Below, in pieces: positions 12,719 to 26,549 of a stretch of 64,000 nucleotides of DNA. This DNA comes from Trichoplax adhaerens. Its lineage: Eukaryota; Animalia; Placozoa. The DNA is taken from positions 2,180,297 through 2,244,296 of the forward strand of contig NW_002060951.1 in the NCBI RefSeq assembly GCF_000150275.1. Reading direction: 5' to 3'. The notes under the pieces were generated by a model, which saw only the letters and a list, made by a program, of their open reading frames with translations, did not search any database and had not been told where the DNA came from. Each line of letters starts with the position of its first letter. Position 1 is the stretch's first letter. Position numbers and translations under genes: made by a program.

Positions 12719-14846
12719 ATTCGTCAAAGGATATAGTTGCAGAATTAGTTGCTGCAGCATCACTGTTTATAATATAATAAGGTTAAGTAACCTATGATAA
12801 CCGAACACGTATACTCAGATTAATGCAAAACAGGTTTTTAATTATATCATGAAATAAATAATTGATCTAATCATGATTCTCTTCGAATTCTCATAACAAC
12901 TGATCCAATAGCAATTTTTATTATATGTTTTCAAATATTTTCGCTTAATTTTTCACAGATTAAAGAGGTTAAATACCGTAAGCAAATATATTTAGTTTAT
13001 TAGGCATTATACTAACTAGAAAAATATCATTATATCAGCAATGTCATCATATACACAGGCAAAGCGCATCTTTACATATTTTATTGCAGTAGTTGAATAC
13101 TGATTCATAATTGTAATGCAATCACAATTTATTAGAAGTAACGTCTGAAAATAAAGTTTGACCGCTACTAGACGTCTACTGCCAATCCACGGTTTAACGT
13201 CTGCAACCCTATGATATAAATTACTCAATAAGCAAATAAAATTTATAACAGAACAGACACAGCTAACAAACTTGAGTGATTCTTATAGGGATACTGTACT
13301 TTCACGCGAAAATTAGTTAACAAATCAGCAACGTTTGGCAAAAACCTACGAACCCGTAAGTTTGTCGTAAAGTCAAAAATTAATTTTTCCTCTATACTAC
13401 AGATTATAATACTAAAGAAAGATTTACCATTTTTATTTAATCAGTACCGCACTGTAAATAGATTATCTAACTAATTTAACTACTGAAGTTCTACTGGTCC
13501 GCAAAAATATAGTAGAACTAATCCAATAAATATCACCATTTTTTCTAATCCTGCTAAATCTGAGTCATAGAAATCATTTTACCTGGTTGAAGAGTCCTTC
13601 ACCCATTTTTATCCTCGTTTTCTTTTTGTGTGTGCCATATTCTTCCTTTTCAGGTTGTAGTTACACTCACTGTAAAAACTATTTCCCAGGCCTCTAATGA
13701 ATAAGTATTCGGTCTAAAGATTAAATAGTGTAAAGTCAGATTTTTACTAAAGACATTGGAAGCTAACTTTGCAGTTTTTGACAAGGTGCAAATAAATGAC
13801 AAATAAACGTAGGAAGTAAATAATTAACCGAAAGATTACCCTAATCACAAAATTATTAACATAAAATATATCAGTATGCTCTTTGAAGTTATAGGTGGTA
13901 ATAACCTCAAATAGGCATAATAGAGTGTCATCAGCGGCAAAAATCATTTTATTATTGATCTGATTACTCTTGAATTGTGTCATATCCGGTAGCGAGTGTT
14001 TAAAAGGAGAGATATAAAATTAAGGATTTCACATTAATTCAAATGTATCATTTCATATTTAAAAGATTAAAATCTATAGTGTCACTTCCTAATCGATAGA
14101 AGATGAGGACAGCACAGCTGTAATAAATTAATGAGATAAATAATGAACTTAGTATCACTTTTATCACGTTAGGTTTTGAAAACTGACGATAATGTTATAC
14201 TTCAATCTCTGTAGATCAAGGTACATTACGTTTAGGTATCTTATACTTGTGTCAAATCTTATAAGAACATGCTCCCACTTAGCCACGATTGAAGTTTCAA
14301 ATAACAACTTCTAATAGAAAATACTAAGAGAAGTTGTAAAGAAAAAGATAGTCATAAAATGCTGTTGAAAATGGACCGTCTTATGTTCTTACTTGAGGAA
14401 CAATTTTCTAAGTTATGTAGACGCTCTGAACTGTAAATCGTAAATCAAAATCAGTAACAACTACATTACTCTAAAATGTTCGGATATATGGTGAGCAGTT
14501 TACCTGTAAACAAATATTTGTCGATATCAGATATTAATATCATAACTTGGCATAATAAATATATCTTACGCGAATTCTTACAGTCGTCTGGTTCATATAA
14601 ACATATGCCTTGTACAAATCAACTACATAAGCCTATGACATCGAAAACGTAGCATCATATTAAATTACCAAATAATAAACATAAATAATAACAGTTTGTG
14701 CAAAGAAAATTTTTTAATAATTATGATTAAAATATTAAATGCGAGTAAACTTTCTATGTCCGTACTCGTAGATGTCTTACTCAACATACGTTTCCACTTA
14801 AGTATAATATAATCAATTCATCAATGAAGTGATATGCTTTTGTGAT

Positions 14847-15137
14847 TGTTACTGCGTTGCCTTGTCATTAGGATAGTTTAATAAGTACAGTAGTAGCTAG
14901 TATGGAGAATATCCATATTTGTAGTGCTAGGTAAGATAAGTAGTGCCTTGACGTAGATGTTGTTTGTAATAGTTCTTTACATATTTGATGTTGATTGTTA
15001 TTGTGTGATAGATAGCCGTAAGATGATTCAAGTTCTAGTTGATGATAATTGAATTAGACAACCTTCGAGCTTAGATTAAGATTAAGTACGAGTAAGAGAT
15101 TCAAAATATTTACTGATAGAAACGCTATGTAAGGAAC
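14847..15137 (+). mobile_element. Partial LTR, family A (U3 half), interrupted by another LTR
   Basis: Ungapped reverse-complement match to 5011-5301 (about 25 mismatches in 291 bp by hand count); starts TGTTAC; homology stops exactly where TGTCACGG begins at 15138. Confidence 0.88.
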
Positions 15138-15504
15138 TGTCACGGTACGAACTACCGTGAAGAAATAGCTATCTAAATTTGGTGAATATAATATAGTGAT
15201 AATATATTATAACTAGTTACTTACAATAGGAATTACTCTAATTATAAATGTGTTACAGTAAATTTAATGCTGTGCTGTAATGTGCACTGAAATGATTCTG
15301 TGAATGAACATGTTGTAGTCCGACTGTGAAAAATTAGTTAGTAGATGCTCTCACCAAGTATTTTAATAAGATGACTCATGAATGTTAGCTGCTGTAGAAG
15401 GGTATATAAGCCCGTCAGATAGTTGAATAAAGTAGTTCTCAATTGTCTAGTTGAGTTTAACGTAGAATCAAAGGCGTCTAAATTCTTGTGAGTAGGGATA
15501 CTGA
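15138..15504 (+). mobile_element. LTR-like element nested in the LTR A copy
   Basis: Starts TGTCACGGTAC, the same 11 nt as the U3 end of LTR B; terminal hairpin TCACGGTA/TACCGTGA; TATATAA 15403-15409 and AATAAA 15426-15431; 3' end not seen. Confidence 0.65.
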
Positions 15505-15750
15505 TGTAGTAAAAGGACTAAAAGTAGAGTCCTTTGTAGTTTTTAGTATGTAATTAGTATTATTTTACTATACAAAATACCTAGAAAGTGATAGTGTCTT
15601 TAAGTTTTACCCTGCCAAATCATCATGTCGCCATCTTTTCTTCATTATTTTACAAGGTATTATATAGATTACTATAGAAGTAGCCCTATAGAGCAAATGC
15701 CTAATCTAAAGAAAGGGCGTTTCATCGTCTATTCAAATGTAAAGAAATTG
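15505..15750. repeat. Dispersed repeat copy 1 (starts TGTAGTAA; probable TE/LTR), runs into the assembly gap
   Basis: Direct repeat of 17633-17880 with scattered substitutions and small indels; both copies begin at the same TGTAGT. Confidence 0.8.
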
Positions 15751-15800
15751 NNNNNNNNNNNNNNNNNNNNNNNNNNNNNNNNNNNNNNNNNNNNNNNNNN
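15751..15800. other. Assembly gap
   Basis: 50 N bases. Confidence 1.
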
Positions 15801-16491
15801 AAGCTGCTCAAAAGATACCTGTAAGCAATACAATTATTCTCTATAGGAATACGATATTTCTACATACGCGTATGTTATGCAGTAATAAATCTTTAGTTTA
15901 AGGGCGGGTCTAAATTATTCGTATAGAATAGCTGGTCACCGATAAGAATATTACTGCATAACATGCACTTTCCAGATAATCTAGTTATACAGTTAATTCG
16001 TACATTAAAATATGAAAATAATGTTTTAGATGATGTAAAATGGAGTATTTACGATTACGGCTGATATGACGAGGCGATACCCTCATTCTACTAATATTGT
16101 GTGGCGTGAACAAGTGCAAAGAGCCAAAAACATATTTATTGGTCAGAATAGGAACCTTAACTTAGTGCAAATGCTATTACGAGCGATAATTTCCTTTCTT
16201 TGTATTAGATATTGGTAATAACTACCTTAATATTCAGCTTCATGAAAAAATAACAGATACCGTTTGATTTATGTAATGATAGCCTTTGCTCATGTCCTCG
16301 AAAAATTTTGTTATCATGCAATATGATTAACTTTAACTAATCAAATTGATATACTAGCAGTATAGTGATAGATAGCTACTATATAAAAAATTGATCAAAT
16401 AACGTATACGAGAATAGTTTAACTTAAACTGTACGTTAGAGTGCAAGATTGTTTTAAGTGACTCTTTGTGGAAGATGTAGAGGGGACGTAT

Positions 16492-16880
16492 TGTAGTAGT
16501 AATTATATTGAGATGTTTATTTATATTAAGATTCTGAGATAATAATACTGTAGATAGCGCTAATTATGTTAGTACTCAGAGATTTGTATCGTGACACTTT
16601 AATTAGAAGCGCGAATTATGAATTGATAGCGCGTTAGTAAATTTAGATCAGATCTTGTAACTTAATTGGTAAGATACGATTACATTCGAAGGAAAATCAT
16701 TGTGTGACGAATTGTATTTAAATCGTGAATATTGCGGTGATAATTTAGATAGTCAGAGATAGTCAGATTGCAGTTAGATAGTCCTTGGTAGTTATGAAAC
16801 GACCATAATCTTACGTAAGAAAGTGAAGTTTGTTAGAAACTGTAATTCTTGCTATATTTTTGAGAAGACACTTCATCACA
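16492..16880 (+). mobile_element. LTR (family D), possibly a 3' LTR
   Basis: TGTAG...GACACTTCATCACA; preceded by a purine-rich PPT-like tract (GGAAGATGTAGAGGGGA); its 3' part aligns with 23965-24066 and, inverted, with about 18322-18372. Confidence 0.6.
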
Positions 16881-17632
16881 CAGGCCTGTTATAGTGTGTT
16901 GACAGTGAGTAAATAATACTTGCTCAAGAAGCGATTTAGGACTTGTACTAAGATACAGTACTTATAAGTGATACGCCTTTCATTATCTCCTTCATTGTTA
17001 ATTCACCTATTTAGTAAATGCCACGAATCTTTCAAGGGATCGCCTTTATTCTAATTTTGATTTTAATGTTCGCAAATATTCAATCCGAACGGAGAATTCA
17101 TCCTTTTTCAAAAGACAACACAAAGCGTGTTTTACTTCAAAGCAAAATAATCAACCTAGCAAAGAAAACTAAAATAAAATTTATTACGAAAAGCCTTCGC
17201 TGAAATATCTAATATCAGTCTATAAGTGTCTGTTGCAATTTTCGTGTTTAGATTGAGTAATTAATACATAATAAATTTTCATACAATAGAGATTGCCTGT
17301 TTAACATCGTTTCGATTGTACCTGACTAAACCTTAGAAGTGTTTTTTTGCTCTAATTTAGTATTACGTTTTACTGTGGCAATACACTGAGCGAGTGTCGA
17401 TAATAAAAAAATTTGTTGTTCAATACCCGAGATTGAAACGAAAGATTTTAGTACAAAACCGGCCTTGAAGCTAATCTGAACCTTAAAGAACAATTAAAAA
17501 TAATAAAACTACTTCATAGTTTCAGAAAATAAGAGCTTCGAATGAATAAAATTAAATAAATGAGCTACGGCACTTATAAACTTTAAATTCTCTTCGCCTT
17601 TTATTGAAAAATTGCAATTTCTAACTTATATG

Positions 17633-17880
17633 TGTAGTAAAGGACTAAAAGTAGAGTCATTTATAGCTTTTAGTACGTAACTAGTGTTATTTTACTATAG
17701 AAAATACCTAAAAAGTGATAGTGTCTGTAAGTTTTACCCTGCCAAATTATCATGTCGCCATATTTACTTCTTCATTATATTACAAGGTACTATATAGATT
17801 ACTATAGAAGTAGCCCTGGAGCAATTGCCTAATCTAAAGAAAGGGCGTTTGATAGTCTATTCAAATTATAAATGAATTTG
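17633..17880. repeat. Dispersed repeat copy 2 (direct repeat of 15505-15750)
   Basis: Shared AAAGGACTAAAAGTAGAGTC...CCTAATCTAAAGAAAGGGCGTTT...TATTCAAAT. Confidence 0.8.
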
Positions 17881-18003
17881 ACTTAGTAACAAAACCCTAT
17901 CCATAGAGAAAGGGGATTTATAACATGACAGTAAAGTACTGTAATGTAGTCTATAATCGTACAGTTACCGTACAACCTGACGCTAAAACATCGACAGTCA
18001 ATA

Positions 18004-19140
18004 CTAAGCGATACTAATGTCAGAAAAGTAGTCGTAGTAGTCATATAAAATTTCTTGATAAGCGATTACTGTGATCTTTATAAAATCCAGATTTTTCGGA
18101 TTCGGATTCCAGAACCGGTCGGATTTATGTCCGATATAATTTTTCTGTTTTAATTTTTGGATTTTAGTTTCTGAAAAATATCGTAAGAGTTGATTTTTGA
18201 AATTTGAACTTTTTGTCATGAATTTGAAACTTTGGAATTTTATGACGTGACATGAAAGTCACATTAGGAAAGTTTAGTTAGGAAAATAGAAAATAAATTG
18301 GAAATTGGCAGAGGTTGCGTTGATTGTTACGTCTCACTACTACTAAGGACTATCTAACTGCAATCAGACTATATAGTAGTTAGACCGTTATTTTTATGAC
18401 TAAATCTTCATGTTTAAAGGTTAATTTTTAGACTTTTATAATGTATTAATGATAGTGATTATGTTAGAATTGAAGTTTGACGTATTTTATAGTTAATTTG
18501 TTGGTTTTATAATGTTTTGTAAGGCAATCATAGGGTAAATTGTGTCTGAACTTTGAATGATTTTTGTTTTCTTAAATGGTGCAAAGTACTTTTCTAAAAT
18601 TGATCTTAAGAGCGATTGCTTAGTAAATGTTCAGTTTTAAATACCTCTGACGGCTCTACGAAGCCGAAGCCTATAAATGATAGTGCAATTAGAAAATTTA
18701 GAGAGAGAGTAGAAGAAGATTCTTTTGAAGAACTCGTTGAATTTATAAGGCCTTTGGGGTCGAATTGTCGTAAGTCAAAACGTTCTTCTTTTTGAAAGGT
18801 TGTTTGGTTGTTAACAGTTTTTAAGTCTGTCACTTATTTTATTAATACTTAAAGTTAAGTATTTGTAAGGTTGTTCGGTTTATACTTCTCTCCATTCTTT
18901 TTGTTATAAACTGTTGATCGATTATTTCCCCAAATTTTAATTTGGTGTCAAAGTTTCGTTGAGTCGACAGGAGTCCAACGAAAGTAGAGTCAAAGTTTAT
19001 TAAAGTTTTGTAGCTTGATCTCCACACTTTTCATTTCATTACATATGTCTAGCACTTCCTTTTGAAATCGTAGCGTTAATTTCTTCTTTCTCTCCCTGCC
19101 ATAACTTTGTCTTTAGTTTTTAAAAGTCGTTCGTTTTGAT
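18004..19140 (-). mobile_element. Possible decayed retrotransposon internal (gag-like) remnant
   Basis: Several broken minus-strand ORFs in strand-skewed DNA, including KLWQGEKEEIN.../RFQKEVLDICNEM, reminiscent of the retrotransposon gag QGxxExxxxYxxRF motif; next to LTR fragments. Confidence 0.3.
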
Positions 19141-21028
19141 GCCAATGAAAATTCAACACTGATATTAATAGACTATAGAAGACATTCTACAAGAGTTCCA
19201 AATAAAATTACTTACCGGCTCGAAATTGCAATATCTACTGACTGTATACCTATTCGACTAAGCCCTTATTAAGAATTAATAATTCGTAATAATTATTAAC
19301 AATTATAAACATATAAGAATATGCTGAATTTATGTACACATGTATGTTGTATGTGATCGACATTATATAGTAGCAAACATAATTTTATGCATTAATATAG
19401 ATAAAGGTTACCTCGTGTACTTCGAACAGTCATTCAGCGATACCATACCTTTGTTTACTGCCATCGAGCCTTGCAACCTAATCTCTGATCTGTAATTGAA
19501 GTATATTCACAGCAGTATACTGTACTTATAATATAGGAGAAACATGATGAAATATTCTGAGAGAAGTAGTTTAAATTTATATAAGCTTAGCGCAAGTAGA
19601 TGAAACTTACCTCAAGCCATGTTATTACAAAGTTGAAAGCAACGTAAAAGTCTAGACAATTAATCAGCCATCAAATATACACGTAAACGCATTTGCTATG
19701 TATTAATCCTAAATATATATCATAATTTAAGGTCATCGTAGTGAAACTTCCATGTCATTCGAGCAATAATATTAATAGCTCTTAGTTATAATTTAAACTC
19801 TAAACAACCGTATAATTGGTGACAAGAATACATTATTAAACTGTAACAGTTATCTTAAGCTAAATATCAAAATAGCCACTGTATAACGTTAATCACGAAA
19901 TAAAATACGGTATATTTCTGATTAAAAATTCTTTCTATAATCTACGTATACAAAATAACAAATAAGTAATTCTACGATGAATCTGATAATAGTTTAAGAT
20001 AATATCTTTGCCAGATCTGCTATTGATGATAAATACTCAAATATATCTTGATTTGAAGCATCCATGGTATTTTCTAGTGTCGCGATTTCATTGAATATTC
20101 TAACAGCATACGTGCAGGTGTTAATTACAAGTATATATGTCAGGAACAATAATAATTATGCTAAGCAATAAAAAAGCAAATAAATGAATTCGAAGCTAGG
20201 TGCAGTAAGCGAGTAAATTTTTTAGTATTAACAGCCGTATGTTACTGTCGTAAATCGTGTCAGAGATTACGAAATAATCTGAGTCTTCTAGTTCGTCCAA
20301 ACGATAATCTTGTATGGTACGCTGAATAAGTCCAATGTGATCACTTTCGTAGCTCATCTTCAAAGATTTATGGCGGTAGAAATTACAATATTACAATGAG
20401 TAGATAGCAATAAAGCTGATCTAAATTAATAAAGTACTAATTTAATAAGAAAGTTATTATTTTTATAATCCGATGGCGCTGTAATAGTATCGAAGTAAAT
20501 TCTAGCCCACATGGTAATTCCAAATACTAACTACAGTTTAATAATTAGTATTTACTGAACCACAGATTTCGATACAATTATTTACTAGATGTTAAACTCG
20601 TTCTTGTCAACGTGAAATGATGTCATTAATAATGATAGGTTCGTAAATCGACACACTTTAACGTGATAATACAACATATAAAAAATAAACGGATGTAGAC
20701 TGAAAGAAACTGAAATATTGAAAAGATTTAACCTTATGAAATACATAATTAAAATTATCTTCTCCTAGTAGATAATCTTACGTTTTTACTTGGCAATGAA
20801 ACCATAAATCAATAAACAATACAAACTCACCTCACTTCATCTTTCTTCTCGACTTAGATTGCAAGCGACCATCCAAGAATTATTAGGAATATTACCAACT
20901 TGGATAGGTAAGTTTTACTTTCACAACCTTAACAGAATGTGATCTTATAATTTAACTTTTTCGATTTTATTACTAAATCACTAGCAGAATTTTTCTTATA
21001 ATTACCTAAACCAATTATAAATAGAACG

Positions 21029-22290
21029 ATGAAGCTTTATATGGAGAAGGGTCATTTGATATATTTCATCACAAAATCATACCCGAGATTTTAGCTTCGG
21101 CATTTAGACCTTTAGGTTTTATAGCTAATGTGTATGTCTTATCAGTATGTTACCAAAATTTGAGTCACAAAAAGCGAAATCGTGCTAACCTTGCGGCTAA
21201 TGATGTTCCCATCCGCCCTTGTGGCAGCAAGGAAAATAATAGTAAAGATCAACTCGCTCGGTAACAATTCTTTTAGCGAGTTTAAGTCTAGTAGACGCTA
21301 TGTCGGCTATGTATCTCTGCATTTTAGCGTTGTCTGAGAGCTACTTTTCTATAGCACGTACTACAGTGCGCGCATATCGACCACGGATAAACAATGTTCA
21401 AAATTTTGCATTTAGTAATTCGTCTTCAGCTAATAGATCGAAACTGTACCTGTTATGGATGAGGGGATCAACATGTCAAACATTTAGATTTTTAACTATC
21501 ATAGGATCAGTAGTACATTTAGTAATTCGCCTTTAGCTGATAGATCTTAACTGCATCTGTTATGGATGAGGGGATCATCATTTCAAACATTAAGATTTTT
21601 AACTATTATAGGACCGGTAGTATCTACCGTTACGACTTTAAATGTTGCCAAAGATCGCTTTTTCGCTTGATTTATCCACTTTAAATTTCTATGCTAATAC
21701 ATTACAAAAGCGCAATCAAATGTTGCCTTTCAGTATGGTGTTTTGCAAAATCAAATGGGCTTATAGCAGTCATCTCAGGTCATATTATACTTTTTTCTAG
21801 ACATATAACTTCTGTTTCATGGTATTCAGCCCTTTGTATCCTTGATAGTATATCAGATATTCATGCAATGATCTATGCCACATTTATAACTGTAGCGGAC
21901 CTGGCTTTATATCTATCTATATTCGTTATGTATGGTTTGATCATTAACCGAATACAAAACACTCAAGCTTTAATTTCTGCCAAGAAAGACAAGCAATTAT
22001 TTAGAGCATCACTCATTTCAAGTAATGACAAGTTTTTAGGAATTGTTATCGCTAGCGTGGTAGTTGGCACAAATATGTTATTTTGGTTTCCTTCAATTGT
22101 TTTTAATGCTATTACCATTTTTGATGGGTTTATATTAAGGCCTCGTAAGTCTAGATTATTTGACGATTTCGGCTCAAGCATTCTATTACTACTTCCGTGT
22201 GACGGTTTAATAAATGCGCTTGCCTTTATAATTGTACCTATCTTTATATCATGTAAGAAAATTAACAAAAAAATCAATTCACTAACTTAA
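21029..22290 (+). pseudogene. Rhodopsin-class (LGR/relaxin-receptor-like) 7TM GPCR pseudogene
   Basis: TM1 LGFIANVYVL, TM2 LASLSLVDAMSAMYLCIL, WMRGSTC, DRFFA/LIYPL, TM6 VGTNMLFWFPS, TM7 LLPCDGLINAL. Disabled by several frameshifts, in-frame stops and a 107-bp tandem duplication. Paralog of 29858-30938. Confidence 0.85.
21409..21622 (+). repeat. 107-bp tandem duplication inside the GPCR pseudogene
   Basis: 21409-21515 versus 21516-21622: 13 mismatches, no indels; length is not a multiple of 3. Confidence 0.95.
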
Positions 22291-23566
22291 TAACATTTAT
22301 CCTATAAAGCAAAAGCCATTCTTCATATTAATTGCGTACAATACAGTAAATAATGTTTAAAATTATTTACTAATATTATAATGGCTATATGGCTATATAT
22401 TGTAATGCAGCAATGCCTAATTGTTTCCAACCTTATTTAATTAATTTTATCAAAAGACTATGCGGCAGCAAAATCTATACTATTGTCTCTAACATAATCT
22501 CCAACGTACACTTTTAAAGCAACAACGATATTGTATATCATATTTTGCATCTGAATTAGCTATGTTTAAACATTCACACCGTACTATCTGTTACCAAGAT
22601 TAAATTAATATCTTTAGCAAGCTTAATGTAAAATATTTTTGGACAATTTAATTAGAACTCAAAACTATATTCACGAGCGTTTTTCTTATGTGTAAGGTAA
22701 ACTATAAAATAGCCCTAACAAGTCAAAATGCAGAAAATTTTTCAAGTACATGCAACTTATTAAAATATCAAATTTGATATTTGAATTAATCGGCGAAAAA
22801 TGCATACGCGTATATTGATGATAAATCATCCAGAGATACACATTGATGTTTTGTAAGCACATAATAAATATATGTATACCTCGTGTTAAGACTATATTAT
22901 TCGACGTCCATCAGACGTTGGCAAAGGACGATAGTGAAATGTAACGATAATGTTTAAAGTTTTAAACGCTGCAAACTGTGATTACCGCATTTCTGGCACC
23001 CTCAAATAATAAGTATTAATAAATATTAATCAATATATGGTATGCTATCGTTTACATTTTTACTTACTTTGAATTATTAGTATTCTCCGATATCATTTTT
23101 TTCTCAATTAGCAAACAGAGCTATATTTACTTCATTAACTGATATATTCTAATAACCTATTGACTTATACTTAAATACTAATGCAAAGAATTATTGTAAT
23201 TTTGCCATATTTATTAAAGGAATCTCTTTATTATTGCATTTTCATTGACAAATTGTCCTTATTTCTTTTAATGTGATGTATAGATGATGCTTTTTCAAAA
23301 CTAAATAGTTACGCAAACATAATTAATTTCAAAGCGAAGAAGGTTTGATGTAAGCCATATAATTTATACTTTTAGGTGTAAGATCCAAATTCCTATAGAA
23401 ATTTTGGTACTAATTATAAATTTATAGATCAAAGGACTGAGAATTTCTATCTCTAGTCAGATATGAAGATTGAGTCTTTCATTATTTCATTAATCATGAC
23501 ATACGAGTATTTTATTTCATTTAAGTATAGCTTAAAAGTCGTTTCTTGATTTATTGATCTCGTCTC

Positions 23567-24066
23567 TGTAGAAATTTAAGACGCAGTAATGAAGTCCACA
23601 TTAATCTATAATGTTAGTATCGGTCAACTCACAATCGTTAGGTATTCATTATTCTGAGATTTATATAATGCTTAGCGCGTAAATATTAGGAAAGGGACTT
23701 AAACATACGCAACAAAATCATCCTTTCTTATCTATGGTTCATATCAGACCATATCTAACTAAATGCTCACATATCAGCCATGATTCCCTCAGGATTCTGA
23801 TCTATTAATAGATTACGTTAATTTTATATAGTGCAGAAATAACTGTGTATTTCAATTCGGAATTGCTAGCTGTTAATAGATCGCACGAAAGTAAATTTTA
23901 GTTCTCGCAATGTGACTTAACTGATAAAATCTGTTGTTAGAAGCTAGATAATTAAACTTCAGATAGATAGTCCTTGGTAGATTAATAGAATTAGTTTATG
24001 TAATGAAATAGAAGTTTTACATGAAATTTGAGTTCCTGTAATAAGATTTTTAGATACTTTATCATA
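23567..24066 (+). mobile_element. Old solo LTR (family D)
   Basis: TGTAG...GATACTTTATCATA (terminal CA mutated); near-TSD GTCTC/GTCTA; last 100 bp align with the end of 16492-16880 (AGATAGTCCTTGGTAG...GAAGTTT...). Confidence 0.6.
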
Positions 24067-26549
24067 GTCTAAATTACTCTCCTTTTTTTTTATAGAAATA
24101 TTCTTACATTTCATAGCCGATCTTGAATTATAGATCATTCGTAATATATAAAAATTTTGCCGCAAGACTATTCATTTTCTAAGTGTAACTAGTAGCTGGA
24201 TGATTTATGGTATCGTTTGCATTTTTACGTTATAATCATGTAGTATGTTCGATATAGAAAACACTAGCAATTGCTATCCATAAGTCATAAGGGAAAAGTA
24301 GAAATGGTATTACTTCTTGCGTATACAGATATTCAATTACAGTCATGCAGGTTGATATAATACAGTGGCTTTATCGATTGCCATTTTATGGATTTCCCGT
24401 AATGTCTTATTTTTACTCGATGTTTTACAGTTTTCCAGCTATATAGCCAACACTACAGGATAATGCACAGTTTAAAAATATGAAACTATTGCTATCACAT
24501 AGTAGTCCTCCATAGTTCCCATCGGTTTTATTACTACTGCTATTTATTAATTCATACTTAAATAATAAGCCGAGCTCTACCGCCAGATTTAACAATTAAA
24601 ATTAAAGTACTAAACGACTGAAAAAAATTCCTCGTCATTATTATCCAAATAACCTATTGACCAATCAAGCTGGAGTTGTAAATTCATTATGTCTTATTCT
24701 AAGATTGCGTTCTAGCTAATCAAGCAGGCCATTGCAAGAGTTATTTAGAGCAATGTAGTAATAGTAATCTCTCTAATCTATATAGAGTTATGTTATTAGC
24801 CTGCTATGTTAAAACTATTTTTTTATGTTTTGCGCTAGTAACATTTCGTGAGAACCTGTGCACTTGTGCAGTAAATAGTGTTTAAGCTTAAGAAACAAAG
24901 CAATTAAGTGGTTTCGGCAATTTATCGCTTGCATGTAAGAAATTAGACAGTATATATTGTGTCTGTAGTGAAGCTCGAATAAAAATGAAGCTGATAGTTC
25001 TCAAGGAGAACTAATCATGATGAGTAATTCATCATTAAAGAATGTCAAAATACCTATACGTGTATTTTTGTCACAAAATTGTATACTTATTGGTACTAGT
25101 TGCTTAAATTGTTTAAGTTCCAAATAAGCTTCTAGTTTAATAGGTGCACCATTTAAAATTGACCATGTAAGAAGTAATCTATTGAAAACTTGCTATCTGG
25201 ATGTTTGGATTAATATATAGTGCTAGTTTTGCTCACAAAATCAGGTTCGAATAAAAATTATACAATTCCTTCAATAGAATCTTCCCCACGAGAAACATAA
25301 TTTTATTTTGCAATAGTCTTTAATTAAGAAGACCAGACTTGATTTTAAAGATATTCTGAATGAGATATTTTGCATCTATTGGTATGTATTGATTAATTGA
25401 CGCCTAAAATTCTTGATTTATATTTGCAAGATCTAGCTTAATATCATTAGATTTTCATATAAATCACTAAACTAGAAATAAAAATTAATGCCAATCTTTG
25501 ACACTAAGATATAGGTATTAGAAGCTAATATGTTATTTGTGAGACTACGGATAAGTAATTCCTTACTATTTTCAGGGTATAGGTAGTAAGACTTCGTAAG
25601 AAATTGGAGAAAGCTCAGTTTAGCGGCTTTACGATTCGTTAGATTTTGTCGCATAAATGGTTGTAACAGTCAGATAAACCCTTTGAAGATATTTAGTGGG
25701 TTATATAGCTTCATTTGCTCTACTTTATCTTTATATAAAGTTGCTCGTAATTAATAACATCGAGTCCAGTAACGTATCTTAGTAGCTGTATTGCAAATTT
25801 ATTACTTTGAGAGCTTTTATTATCGGTGTTTCTGTGATGGAACAGAAAATTAAATCAAAATTCATCCCTTTGCCATCAATATTAACTTAATAGCGTTATT
25901 TAATATTACAGACAGAGCGTCGGAAGTTGCCAACTTTCTGATGCGTTAATATATCGTTAACTATTAGCATTTAACAATTACCTCTAAAAATTGTTGGTTA
26001 ATAATAATAATAAAATAATTGCGGGCAAATAATAAAACTTTATGCTATAGCTAGCTAAGAAAGACCTCTGCTAACTGCCATCATTAAATAGAGTATAAAT
26101 TTTCACATATTAAATATCCTTTCTGATGACATTTTATATTCTCTTTAACTTATTAGTTATTGGTACAAGTAATGGTTTCTACGTTCTATAAAAGACTATA
26201 ATTTTGATGTTTTAAAAGGTGAGAAGGCTTAAATTGCCCTTAATAATTTAAGATAATGATTTTCGTACTAGCTAACTCCCTAGAATTGCTAAAAGCTTAC
26301 CAGAATTAAGGGTATACTTTGATATAAAACAGCTTTAGTAATGTTTCTGTAGGCTAAACTACTGGTTCCGAACGAATTATTTTATATTCGTTTCTTAGCA
26401 TTTCGATCCTAAACTTCCTTTAATATCGAAATCAGGAAGTATTCGGCTCCACTATCATGTGCTTTCAGTCCGTAGTTTTTATAAAGATCATAATAATCCA
26501 ACAGTATCATCAAAGAAATTTTGAAATGTTGAAGAAACGTTAATCGATT

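Noticed and set aside
19200-19660. Minus-strand exon-like units with strong donors
   Set aside because: Stops in every joined frame; cannot be supported without transcripts.
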